The position numbers were made by a program, and so were the translations under genes. A stretch of 64,000 nt of DNA from Negaprion brevirostris (taxonomy: Eukaryota): NCBI GenBank assembly GCA_030324005.1, contig JARDVH010000001.1, positions 36,417,929 through 36,481,928 of the forward strand, read 5' to 3'. Under the pieces are notes generated by a model, which made no database searches, was not told where the DNA came from, and worked only from the letters and a program-made list of their open reading frames with translations. Below, piece by piece: positions 52,614 to 64,000 of the stretch. How positions within the stretch are numbered: the stretch's first letter is position 1; every line of letters starts with the position of its first letter.

Positions 52614-52709
52614 ATCTTAAAGGAGCTCACACAGAGGCTTTTGTTTTCCAAAAGGTACAACATGTAGCTCGTGCACAGCTGTCCCAGGGACTACTGCCAG
52701 CCAAGAGAA

Positions 52710-53300
52710 GATTGGAACAGGAGTAGACTGTTCAGCCTCTCTGTTCAGCCTCTATTCTGTGAGATCATGGCTGATTGATGAACTAACCCCTCACACTTGC
52801 CTTTGTTCCATATCCCGTAATATCATCGATTCACAAAAACCTTATCAAACTCAGATTTAAAATTGACAATTGATCTAGCAAGCAATGTCATTTGCAGAAA
52901 AAATTCCAACTTCTACTACGCTTTGTGTGTGGAAGCTTTCACTAATTTCATTCCTAAGTTCTGGCCCCAATTTTTAGAACATCCTGCCTAATTCCAAACT
53001 CCCCAACTAGAAATAGTTTCTCTCTCTCACTGTTCCCCTTAATATTTTGAAAATTTAGGTCAACTCACACTTTAATCTTCTAAATTCCAGGGGATACCAC
53101 GTTTGGCTATGCAATCTGTTGTTGTAATTTAACCCTTTGAGTCCAGATATTGTTCTCCTAAATTTAAGCTATTTTTCCGCCGAAGTAATTTACTCTTTCT
53201 AAGGTGTGTTGCCAAGAGTGCTCCAGGTGTGGTGTGGCCAGAGCTTTGTGTAGCTGAAGCATCACTTCTATTCCCTCACATTTTAATTCTCTATATGTAG
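52710..53300 (-). mobile_element. Old CR1-like 3' fragment
   Basis: Tail gaacaggagtagactgttcagcc. Minus-strand translation VMLQLHKALATPHLEH. Confidence 0.7.
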
Positions 53301-55019
53301 AGAGACAGTGGCATGCTGGAATTATCACTGGGCTAGTAATCCAGAGACCCAGGGTAATGCTCCAGGTTTGAATGCAATAAAAATGTAGAATTAAAAATCT
53401 AGTGATGACCATGAAACCACTGTCAATTATTGTTAAAACATATCTGGCTCACTAATGTTCCTTAAGTAAGGAAATCTGCCGTCCTTACCTGGTCTGGCCT
53501 ACATGTGACTCCAGACCCACAGTAATGTGGTTGACTCTCAAATGTCCTCTGATATGGAGGACGGTTGTGAATGGGCAATAAATGCTGATGACACCCACAT
53601 CCCATGAAAAGTAATAAATAACATAAAGGCCAGCATACAATTAACCCATGCAGCCTATTACCCTTTTTAGCATTTTTCTAACTTCAGCCTATCTGCATTG
53701 CAGTGAGTGTTAGTGAGGAATAAATAACTGTTCTCAAGTCTCTTAACGCTGCTGCAGGTAGTACAAAATATTGATGGATGAGCATTCAAAGGTTTGAAGC
53801 AAAAGTATTGCTGGGGATACAATTGAAGATTCTGTACTGTGTTTTCAGTTACTGTCATGGGCTTTGGAGAGGGGAAGAGAAAATTTCAAGGCTGCATTAG
53901 GAAAAGTAGTGCACTGATAATGTCACTTTCTAATCCTAATCTAATTTTAATAGCCAGAATGATTTCCCTTTTCGTACTCTGCAGGAAACTGGATGGTAAT
54001 CTCAATTGAGGCAATGTCCTCAGCAGTTGTCAACATTTAACAACCAGTCATTCAGCAACACTCTAAGTGTCATTAACACTAGTTTCATTTTATTGAGGAA
54101 CTATAACTCATTGTGTAAATTACAGTCAGCAAGGATCCAGAAAAGGCCACAGTTTAATCCCAGGGTTCAAAAGGCATTCAAGCTTTGCTCTGTGAACCCC
54201 TCCGAATTTAATTCAAAAGCCACATTACACACTGTCGATCATTCATTCTGTGTAATATGATCCCAGGTAATTTTCAACAGAGACCTTGGGCTCCACACCA
54301 TTGATCTGAGACCAATGAGAGTTGAGTGCAAGGTACAGCCAGCAGGATCAGAGTTATTTGCACTCTGCCTCTCAGGTGCCTCAATATTGATAGAAGTAGA
54401 ACTCTGCTTCCTCAGTGGCTAATTTTTAATATCTGAAGCACAAGGGTGGCAATGTATAATTTCTCTTCGCACTATGGTGACCTACTAATAAGGGGGCAAG
54501 ATCTTGGGCAAGGAGAGGTGGGTTTGGCTGTGGGCAATGAGTTGAATCCCCTAAATGTGATCGTCCTGCCCTCTCCTGGGTTTGAATAGGGTAGAATTGA
54601 CGGTGAGTGGGGAACCCCCATGCAGCCGTTGGATAAATCATTATGAGATATTCTCAGCCTCAATTTCTGGCTTGAACAGCCAGGATATTGTTTTTCGCTG
54701 AACTATCGACCACTCATCCGAGTTATTGAGGCGAGTGTACAGGAGGAAGAGTTTCTTCAGTGAAACTGACAAGCTGGGTAGCCTATGATCAGTTATTCTG
54801 AAGAGCTCCAGCTATGGCCATTGAGAGACTGCTGTCTCAGTTCTTTACTTAGGTTGTACTTCCACTTCTTGACCAGGGATTACCAATTCCTTGGAAGGCA
54901 GTTCACCTGTCTAGCACTGCATTCATTTACAGCTGTACTTTCCTGCTGCAAGCCTCTGGTACAGCAGGAGAGTAGCTTATCCAGCTCCATCTTCCACCTC
55001 TGCTGTGTGGGGTAAGATA

Positions 55020-55320
55020 AGAAGCAATCTTAAAACCACCACCAACAGCAGCTGCCTTCTCCTGAGCCACATGCCCCTCCACAAGGCACAGGCGGTGGGA
55101 CATAGAAATCTGGGTGGAAAGAGGCAAGATTCTCAACACAGCATCAGAGGCAGAGAGTGATTCTCTTGACATGTCTGAGCACCAATGCGTCAGGAGGTTT
55201 AGGCTTTCATGGCAAGACACTACCAATATCTGCAAGCTTCTAGAACAAGATCTGCTTCCCAGTGGAGCAGATGGCACAGGTTACCATGGGCCAACAAGCT
55301 GAGTGTCACTGGTGGGCCAC
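55020..55320 (+). mobile_element. PIF/Harbinger transposase (HARBI1-like) N-terminal remnant
   Basis: SLDMSEHQCVRRFRLSWQDTTNICKLLEQDLLPSG resembles the 'L.MSE.QC.RR.RLS....IC.LL...L.P' segment of Harbinger transposases. Frameshifted. Confidence 0.65.
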
Positions 55321-57169
55321 AGCCCCCTGGATCATTGCCTTTCACTAGGTTGTGCGCTGTTACTGCCTGCAAAGGGAAAAAGCAGGAGAAAACAGTGTCA
55401 GTAAGAGATTGTGTGGACAGGAGGGAAGGACAACATCTTTTGGCGGATGACTTTGAAATGAGACAGTGATAAGGGTGATTATCAGTCTATTGCTATGGGA
55501 TTGTGAGGAGATAAAGTGTGTATTTGTGTGTATATTTATTTGTGTGTATATTTATACAATTGTCTTTCTCAAATAACTAGGGCATAACAAACGACCAGAC
55601 TGCCCTCAGCTAGACAGGCAGTAAATTAAGAAAAACCAGACGCACAAATGGGAAGAGCAGAATGAGAACACTCTGTGGTTCAGACTTTTTTTTATTTAAT
55701 AAAGTGAAAGGCACAAAGAGACTGATAGTTAAAGAGGTTAATTCTTTTACGGACGCACAATATAGAGTTAGCAAATAGGTTTCTGCATAATTAAGGCCAC
55801 ATTGATTCAGCCTCCAGTTATTCAATTTGCTTGTTTTATCTGCATGCTATTTTCTCAAGCTACAAAGTCATTTGACTATAAAGCCACAGATAGACAAGTG
55901 GAAAGATGTATTTATAACTAAGGCATGGAGCTGATTTTTCCCCTGCTGGCATACTGTGGGATTCTGTGTCATGTCAAGTTTCTGTTGCACAAAATAGTGA
56001 CAAGGAGACCCCTCCCCCATCCCCAAACATGCTCCTAGTTCAGACCAGATGGAAAGTCTGAACAGCAACTATCTATCTGTGTCTGCCTGGTTCCAGGATA
56101 AATACACAGCCAGAATGGCAATGCATATTGCTGCTTTGTTTAAGATTTTTTATTTATGAGCTCGTGTGGACATATTAAATGAATCTTGAAGTTCTTTGCT
56201 AGACAGAGATACAAATGATGATATAACATAATACTGCATTCTCTGCATCTCAAACATTAATGGATAATCAAGGTTGGCGTTATGGATGCAAACTCTGATG
56301 GTCAGAACGTGAGACTTTTTTTCAAGCCATTTCTTCAACAAACCAGCTGCAAAGAAAATTACTTAAAAAATACTAAGAAATGCTAGCATTACACCCAATA
56401 GTTCACTTTAGACTTTGAAACTAATTGGTCATCCAAACTCCAAAAAGAGTGCTAGGCGTCTTCACAGAACGAGATCTGATGGCCTCTATAGTGTAAGGTA
56501 AGAATTAGTGCAATTCAGCCACTGATGTTCATGATCTGGAAGTGGTTGTTAGTGCAGTCAACATGGGAGATCAGCACTTGCTGCTCAGTAATGGATTAGG
56601 CCTCGGTCAGCTTCCATCAGGCAGCCTTCCATTCAATGANNNNNNNNNNNNNNNNNNNNNNNNNNNNNNNNNNNNNNNNNNNNNNNNNNNNNNNNNNNNN
56701 NNNNNNNNNNNNNNNNNNNNNNNNNNNNNNNNNNNNNNNATCTCAGCTCACGCCTTGCAGTGGGACCTCCAGGCGAGAGTGAGGGGCTTGGCTTTTTCAT
56801 TCCTGTGTTTGCTGCAGCATCAAATATCTACGTCCCACTGAGCCATTGCAACCCCTGCCAGATCTCTTTAACTAGAAATCCTTCCTGCGGCAGATCCAGC
56901 ACTCTCTCTGTCTGTCCTCTCTAATTGGCCAGGCTACCAGTGGGTGATGCTAATGCTGTGGCTCAGTTACAGAGTCAAGGGGAAATCAGATACTTAAACA
57001 ACCGGGTTCCCAACCCATGTATGGTACAGCCATTTCAGCAGGGACTCAGTTCATGGGACTCTGCCCTAAGATTCTGAAGAAACCAATGGACCATCTTAGC
57101 ACTTTTTAAACCTGGCTCCACAATGAACTGCAATGGTGTGAGATGTCCTTGGCAAAGTGGTCTCCGAAT

Positions 57170-57830
57170 GCTTGCAATTAATGTACTTGGGAGTCAAATC
57201 AGCACATGGCACATCTGGCATATTGTGTACAGTTCTGGTCTCCTTATCATAGAATCATAGAATCCTTACAGTGCAGAAGGCGGCCATTCAGATCAAAGAA
57301 ATGATATACTTGCCATAGAGGCAGTGTAACAAATGTTCACCAGACAGCTTTCAGGGAATGTCCTCTGGAGACTCTGATCTCATTGAGGCATACAACATTC
57401 TTACTAGGCTCGCAGGGCAGACGCACAAAGGATGTTCCTCCTGGCTTGGAATCTACAACCAGGGGAACACAGTCTGAGAATGAGGGCTGAGATAAAGAGG
57501 AAGTTCTTCACTCAGGGGTAGCAAGTCTTTGGAATTCTCTACCAAGAGGGCTCAGTCATTGAGTATATTCATGACAGACATTGATAGATTTTTGGATATT
57601 AAAGATATCAAGGAATATGGGGATAGATTTGATTTGATTTATCATTGTCACATGTATTAGTATACAGTGAAAAGTATTGTTTCTTGTGTACTATACAGAC
57701 AAAGCATACCGTATATAGGGGTAGTGCAGGAAAATGGCATTGATGCAGAAGATCATCATTGACCTTGTTGAATAGCAGAGCAGACACGAGAGGCTGAATG
57801 GCCTACTCTTGTTCCTATTTCCTATATTCC
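57170..57830 (+). mobile_element. CR1-like 3' end with nested Rex1 tail (57625-57715, minus)
   Basis: tattgtgtacagttctggtctcctt (YCVQFWSP) and tail gaatggcctactcttgttcctatttcctat. Confidence 0.8.
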
Positions 57831-58789
57831 CATACTAACTATAATCTGTGACCCTTCTTTGTTTCATACTTTTCTATTCTTCCTACAATCTAAATGTCTA
57901 TAAAATCCAAGCTCATCTGCACCTTTAATCTTACGTATGTCTTGGTCCATCACCTGAACTTATTCATTTAAATTAAAATTCCACTCAAATTGTAGCAGTA
58001 TCTTGATATGTTTCTCTTTGAAATTTGTACAAATTATAATCCAATGTGCCAGGATTTGCATTTTAGCCACTTTAAAATTAATAACAATTATGCTCCCTCT
58101 TCTGTCTCCCAGTCCTACTGGATATTAATCTTTAAAGATTTTTTTTTATGAACGAGTCCATTGGTCTTCTCATTACTTGCTAGCTTTTCCCTATTCTGAA
58201 CAGTGCCTGCTCAGCAAACCATAACCCACTACAAGGGTGAACAAACAGTCTGCCAATTCCATATTCTACCCAGCAAAGGGAACACTTGTATTTTTTTATT
58301 CATTCTTGGGACCTGAGCAGCACTGGCAAGACAAGTATTTGCAGCCCATCCTTAATATTTCTTGAGAAGGTAGGGATGATTTTCTCTTGTAATTGCAGTG
58401 TTTATATAGATGTTTTTCTTTTTTTCATTCATGGGATATGGGTATCAGTCTGGTAGGGCCAGCATTTATTGCCCATCTGAAATTGCCCTTGAACTGAATG
58501 GCTTTTCAGAGGACATTTAAGTATCAACCACATTGCTGTGGATCTGGAGTCACATGTAGGTCAAATTAGTTGAGGACAGCAGATTTCCTTCCCTAATGGA
58601 CATTAATGAACCAGACAGGGTTCAGCTAAGTTTCTAATCAACGGTAACCCCCATTATGTTGCTAGTTGGGGATTCAGCAACGGCAATGCTGTTGAATGTC
58701 AGGAGATACTTAGGTTGTCTCTTATAGGAGAGGGTTATTGTCTGGCATCTGTGAATGTGTACACTAACTTTCTAATTTACATTGGAATG

Positions 58790-59530
58790 GCACCTTTCAT
58801 ACTCATGCTTCCAATATGTCTTCCCTTTCCCTTAACAAGAATTACCATCCTGTGATTCATAGGGTCCCCAACTATTGATTCCAATTCTCATACGTCTGCT
58901 CTTACCCCTTCCCATCCCTCCCAGAATCACAATAAGGGTTCCCTTCTCCTCACTTTTCACTCCACCAACCTTCATATTCAATGCATCATCCTTTGTCATT
59001 TCCAATGCCTCCAGTGAGATACCCACCATGAAACATATTTCCCCTTCCTCTCCCCTTTCAGCATTCTGAAGGAGCTTTTCCCTCCATGACAGCCTGGTTC
59101 ACTCCTCTAACATCCTCAACACTCTTCCCATGAGAGTTCTCCATGCAAGCACAAGAGAGGCTGCACCTGCCCTCTTCCTTCCTTCTCATTATGCAGGGCC
59201 TCAAACATGCCTTCCAGGTGAAATAATGATCTCCTTGTACTTCTTTCAATTTAGTGTACTGTACTTAATGATCTCCTCTACAATGAAGAGATCAAGTGCA
59301 GACTGGGTGACTGATTTGTGCAACATCTCTGTTCAGTCAGCAAGTGTGACCCTGAGTTTTTGCTTACCTGTCATTTTAAATCTCTAATTTGCTCACACTT
59401 TGGCCTCTTGGCCTCTTGCGCTTTTCAACTGAAGCTCAAAGTAAGCTCAGGGAACAGCAAGACATTTTTTGATTAGATACTTTACAGCCTTCTGGATTGA
59501 AAACAGAGCTCAACAAACTCAGGACATAAC
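58790..59530 (+). mobile_element. Penelope-like element, RT C-terminal/GIY-YIG region, decayed
   Basis: Frameshifted RVP..LTFH.T.L.IQ.IIL.HF..LQ.D.T.KHI.PS.PLSAF.R..SL.DSLVHS, recognised as Penelope-type. Confidence 0.75.
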
Positions 59531-60217
59531 ATCGGCCCTTTTTTTTTGGATGGCAGCTCCTGGAATTGCTGCTGCTGCTATTCCCATTTGTACCTTTTCC
59601 AAACCCCTCGGGTGGGATTTTCTGGCTGCTCCTGCCAGTGGGATCTTCNNNNNNNNNNNNNNNNNNNNNNNNNNNNNNNNNNNNNNNNNNNNNNNNNNNN
59701 NNNNNNNNNNNNNNNNNNNNNNNNNNNNNNNNNNNNNNNNNNNNNNNNNNNNNNNNNNNNNNNNNNNNNNNNNNNNNNNNNNNNNNNNNNNNNNNNNNNN
59801 NNNNNNNNNNNNNNNNNNNNNNNNNNNNNNNNNNNNNNNNNNNNNNNNNNNNNNNNNNNNNNNNNNNNNNNNNNNNNNNNNNNNNNNNNNNNNNNNNNNN
59901 NNNNNNNNNNNNNNNNNNNNNNNNNNNNNNNNNNNNNNNNNNNNNNNNNNNNNNNNNNNNNNNNNNNNNNNNNNNNNNNNNNNNNNNNNNNNNNNNNNNN
60001 NNNNNNNNNNNNNNNNNNNNNNNNNNNNNNNNNNNNNNNNNNNNNNNNNNNNNNNNNNNNNNNNNNNNNNNNNNNNNNNNNNNNNNNNNNNNNNNNNNNN
60101 NNNNNNNNNNNNNNNNNNNNNNNNNNNNNNNNNNNNNNNNNNNNNNNNNNNNNNNNNNNNNNNNNNNNNNNNNNNNNNNNNNNNNNNNNNNNNNNNNNNN
60201 NNNNNNNNNNNNNNNNG

Positions 60218-60285
60218 AAGGGAATTTCACGGTGATTTCATTGCAGTGTTAATGTAAGCCTTACTCGTGATTAATAAATAAACTT
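60218..60285 (+). mobile_element. V-SINE type-B tail (body in gap)
   Basis: tttcacggtgatttcattgcagtgttaatgtaagcc...taataaataa. Confidence 0.8.
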
Positions 60286-61599
60286 TACTTTTTTGTTTAC
60301 TTTTCTGAGAAAGCAACTTGTGCCTTCCAGGTGCTCTCTCTCACTCTCCCTGAGAAAATAAGAACTTTTTCTTATGCAAATTATGAATAAGAGCTAGTGT
60401 AAAGCACAGTATATTGACAAAACCAGGTGCCCAATGAATTTGATTTTCTGTTGCTGACAGGGTGAGACATTTTGGGGGGGGGGGGCAATTGCTGGCGGTC
60501 GGGTGTCCCGTTGCCACTCTGCAGTCGGTGGTGACAGAGCTAGAGAGGCCAGGAATCAGGGCTGGTCATGGAGGTGAAGGGTGGGGCGGGGAGGGCTTGC
60601 TGTGGGGTTCCAGGCTGCTGGTGGGAGGGAGGAGTGGTTGGGATCAGTGGGAGGGGGGAAATCAGGAGATGAGGGTTGCAGGAGTGGGGGGGTGGTGTGA
60701 GGAGATTGAGGTGGGCCGGGGAGGGGATTGAGGCTGGGCATGGACATGTTTCGGGGGGCCGGGGGTTGGGTTGTACGGCTGGCGATGGGCAATCAGGAGG
60801 CCGGCAGTGCAGGGCCATTCTACACGCCGATCTCGGTGCTGACCAATCAGCGCACGCGCAATGGCCTGCTCAACACTATACAGCGGCCCACAGATTTTTT
60901 ACGTGACTTACACTGATGCATTCTGCAGTGCACAGAGTGTGGGGGATTCATTTTGAAAATCACTCTGAAAGACAATGAGATATACTCCAATTTTTATGTG
61001 AATTTGACACTTGAGAATTGTATTGGGAAAAATCACTGCCATGTTGTTTAGAATTTATGATCTGGTAAAGTGTTGGCCAAGGAAGAACAACTCTTATTGA
61101 CTAACATTTCCTTCATTACCTGCTATTTAACTGAGTGAAAGAAATAGCTTGGTGCCAAATTAGCCAGAAAGGGCAACAAGTCTGTGTTACAAACTTACAT
61201 TCATTCAAAACTTGGTTGAAGTTGGCCATACACTGTTCATNNNNNNNNNNNNNNNNNNNNNNNNNNNNNNNNNNNNNNNNNNNNNNNNNNNNNNNNNNNN
61301 NNNNNNNNNNNNNNNNNNNNNNNNNNNNNNNNNNNNNNNNAACACTGTTCATAGTAAACTGTTACCATGAGCAAACTGATTAGACAAGAGACTTTCCACT
61401 TCTCAATTTAGAAAGGCTTTGAGCCCAGGTGTTGGCGGTGAAAGGGTAATGTGCAAATCCTTACCCTGTATGCAACAAAGCAAATTACAGGATAGTACCA
61501 CATTGATGTGTCATTAGTATCATGCCATGGTATTGGTTTCTAAAATTAGGGAAGGTGCGGAAACAAAAAGCTAAAGGATTTTAGTCTCGATTCCAGGGT

Positions 61600-62372
61600 G
61601 ACACTCCTGCAGAGTCAGAAGGTTATGGGTTCAAGTCCCACTCCAGAGTCTTGAGTGCATAATCTAAGGTGATGATTTTAGCGCAGTACTGAGGGAAAGC
61701 TGCACTGCCTGAGATACTCGCCAGAATTCTATCACCCTGCCTGCTCCAGTATCGGAGCGGATGAGGGGTGGACAATGGAAATGTCTGTTGACCTCGGGTG
61801 GGAGTTTCTGGTCTCGCTGGAGTGAGGCTGTAAAATCCCGCCCACCGTCTTTCAGATGTGATGTTAAACCGAGGCTCCATTTGCTCTCTCAGTTGAAGAT
61901 AAAAGATGCCTTTCCTGGATTTGGCGTGACGGGAGTTGCAGGAACGGNNNNNNNNNNNNNNNNNNNNNNNNNNNNNNNNNNNNNNNNNNNNNNNNNNNNN
62001 NNNNNNNNNNNNNNNNNNNNNNNNNNNNNNNNNNNNNNNNNNNNNNNNNNNNNNNNNNNNNNNNNNNNNNNNNNNNNNNNNNNNNNNNNNNNNNNNNNNN
62101 NNNNNNNNNNNNNNNNNNNNNNNNNNNNNNNNNNNNNNNNNNNNNNNNNNNNNNNNNNNCTCCCCAGTGTGCTGGCCAGCTTTTATCCCTCAACAAACAT
62201 CACTACAGCAGACTATCTGGTCATCAAGCCTGTGGGACCCTGATGTGCGTAAACTGACAACAGCATTTCCATATTGCAACAGGGGCAACGTTTCAAAAAA
62301 TGCTTCATTGGCTGTGCAGTTCTTTGTGATGTGCTGAGGTTGTAAAAAGCATCATATACATACAAGTCCTTT
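61600..62372 (+). mobile_element. SacSINE1/DeuSINE-like element with a nested MITE (61718-61843)
   Basis: B box gggttcaagtccc, gcagtactgaggga, ccgtctttcagatg.gatgttaaaccgagg. Reverse match to 32405-32822. Confidence 0.75.
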
Positions 62373-63017
62373 TACTAAGTATGGACAGGATATATGCTGC
62401 AAATAGACAAGAATCTCATCATGAACCTCTGGAAGGAGAAAGGAGAGGTTAATGTTTTATTTGGAGGTTGTTGGAATTGTAATTGATTTGATGGAGAACC
62501 TTGAATCAACACATTAACCTGGCCTTTCTCTTTCCATTAGCAGCTTGCCTCATAATGTTTGCAATTTATTTTGTATTTGATCTCCATTATGAACAACTTA
62601 TTCATGACTAAGCCTGGTCCTTTACAGAATGGTTAAACTGGTTCCATCTTTATCCTGTATTGAATTCACATTTATTATGCAGCCATAATGCGCCCCTTTT
62701 TTATGAACAGAGTAAATTCACAGGTATCACGCTGTGATTTACTTGGGATAGAAATTGACCCCAAACCCCTTGGCACCTTTCCGTGATGGCAAAGGAAACT
62801 GCTGAGGACAAACTCTGGAAAAATCGCAGATGTAGAGGCACAGAGGTTCATCGCGGCTAAGAATAAACAGCAAGATTCTTCCCTCCCGACCACGTGCTTG
62901 AAAAGCTGACACTGATTTTCAAAGCAGACAGTTTTTTTTTCCCCTTATGTGAGAATTAAGTTTTCACTCTGCACCTTTCATTCTGATTGCAATGTAATTG
63001 AAGACTGTAATGTGTAC

Positions 63018-63167
63018 CTGGGTAGGGGTGGATTCCATTGGCGAAGACGGCTTCTGCTGTTGGCTGTCCGTTAGCCTGTGGTGGGAGGCCGGTGAATCCA
63101 TTTACTCCGATTGGAGAAGGAATGCTAGGCACAGCTGGTGCGGTGATACCAGGGGGCGTGCTCCCGC
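63018..63167 (-). CDS. CELF4: CELF4 coding exon (150 nt, phase 1-1), divergent linker region
   Basis: Translates to (G)[49 protein letters not shown], nearly identical to vertebrate CELF4 as I recall it. Acceptor ...gtgtttcag| and donor CAG|gtacac are present. Confidence 0.95.
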
Positions 63168-63562
63168 CTGAAACACATACACAGCAAATCAGGCATCTCA
63201 AGCTTAAATTGAATCAAGCAGAAATAGTTAACTTTTTTCCCCGACCTGGTTAGACTGCCCCTATCAATATAGTCCTTCACTCACAGGGAAATAGCAGCAA
63301 AAAGGAGTAATTTGATGGAAACAATGGTACAGTGAAATTGTTTACAAAGATTATACAGATAAACAAGTTCTTGCATCAAAAGATAAACCAAGATACCCTG
63401 TGTTGATTCTTTTCACTGTAGCAGTTATAGAAATGATACCACATGCTCCAATTTGCCTATATAGCTTTCTCTGAAACAAATATAATGCCTGCTATATTCT
63501 GACAATACAGAAGACACACACAATCTTATACCCCAACAACTTGGGTTTGTTTGTGTTTGTTG

Positions 63563-63803
63563 AAGTTTATTTATTAGTCAAAGTAGGTTTCCATTCACAT
63601 TACAATGGAGTTACTGTGAAAATCCTCCTACTTGTCACACTCCGGCTCCTGTTCGGGGACACTGAGGGAAAATTTAGCATGGCCAATGCACCTAACCAGC
63701 ACGTCTTTTGGGCTGCGGGAGGCAACCAGAGCGCCTGGAGGAAACCCACGCAGACACAGGGAGAAGGTTCAGGGCTGCAGAGATTGTGACCGAAGCCGGG
63801 AGT
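63563..63803 (-). mobile_element. V-SINE, tail type B, 5'-truncated
   Basis: Tail and central domain as in the other copies. Confidence 0.85.
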
Positions 63804-63810
63804 CGAAAAT

Positions 63811-64000
63811 TACAGCACAGGAACAGGCCCTTCAGCCCTCGAAGCCTGCATTGACCATGCTGCCAGACTTAACTAAAACCCCCTCCGCTTCCAGGGACCA
63901 TATCCCTCTATTCCTATCTCTTTCATGTACTTGTCAAGACACCCCTTAAAAGTCACTACCGTATCCCCTTCCACTATCTCCCTCAGCAATGAGTTCCAGG
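63811..64000 (-). mobile_element. CR1-like 3' tail
   Basis: tacagcacaggaacaggcccttcagccc...ccatatccctctattcc. Confidence 0.8.

Noticed and set aside
61459-61473. Possible recursive splice site (tacag-G-gtaagg on the minus strand)
   Set aside because: An extra G separates AG and GT, so it does not fit the AG|GT recursive motif.
818-63803. V-SINE orientation bias (about 10 sense versus 4 antisense to CELF4)
   Set aside because: Too few copies to distinguish from chance.
1-64000. CRISPR arrays, operons, and intact tRNA or rRNA genes
   Set aside because: None seen. The tRNA-like A/B boxes belong to SINE heads, and the recurring repeats are dispersed transposons rather than repeat-spacer arrays.

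Overview
This is vertebrate genomic DNA, not prokaryotic, from a gapped scaffold with many N runs. The HE1/V-SINE-, SacSINE1-, CR1-, Rex1- and Penelope-type repeats point to a cartilaginous fish (shark); this is an inference from repeat families recognised by eye. The whole window lies inside the 3' half of a minus-strand CELF4 (CUGBP Elav-like 4 / BRUNOL4) gene. Four coding exons are recognisable: 63018-63167, about 33990-34055 (mostly in a gap), 14223-14303 and 8353-8496. They encode the end of the divergent linker and most of RRM3. The final coding exon (GFVSFDNP...) was not found. The introns are filled with nested retroelements, a decayed Gypsy element and Harbinger-type DNA transposon remnants. 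Almost all supplied ORFs are repeat-derived or spurious. I found no convincing wholly new multi-gene system. The best leads are at the RNA level: a candidate 12-nt microexon with a UGC motif inside RRM3, a candidate in-frame 33-nt cassette exon, alternative donors, decayed hammerhead-like motifs, SINE tail swapping and a locally templated insertion. Repeat boundaries are approximate.
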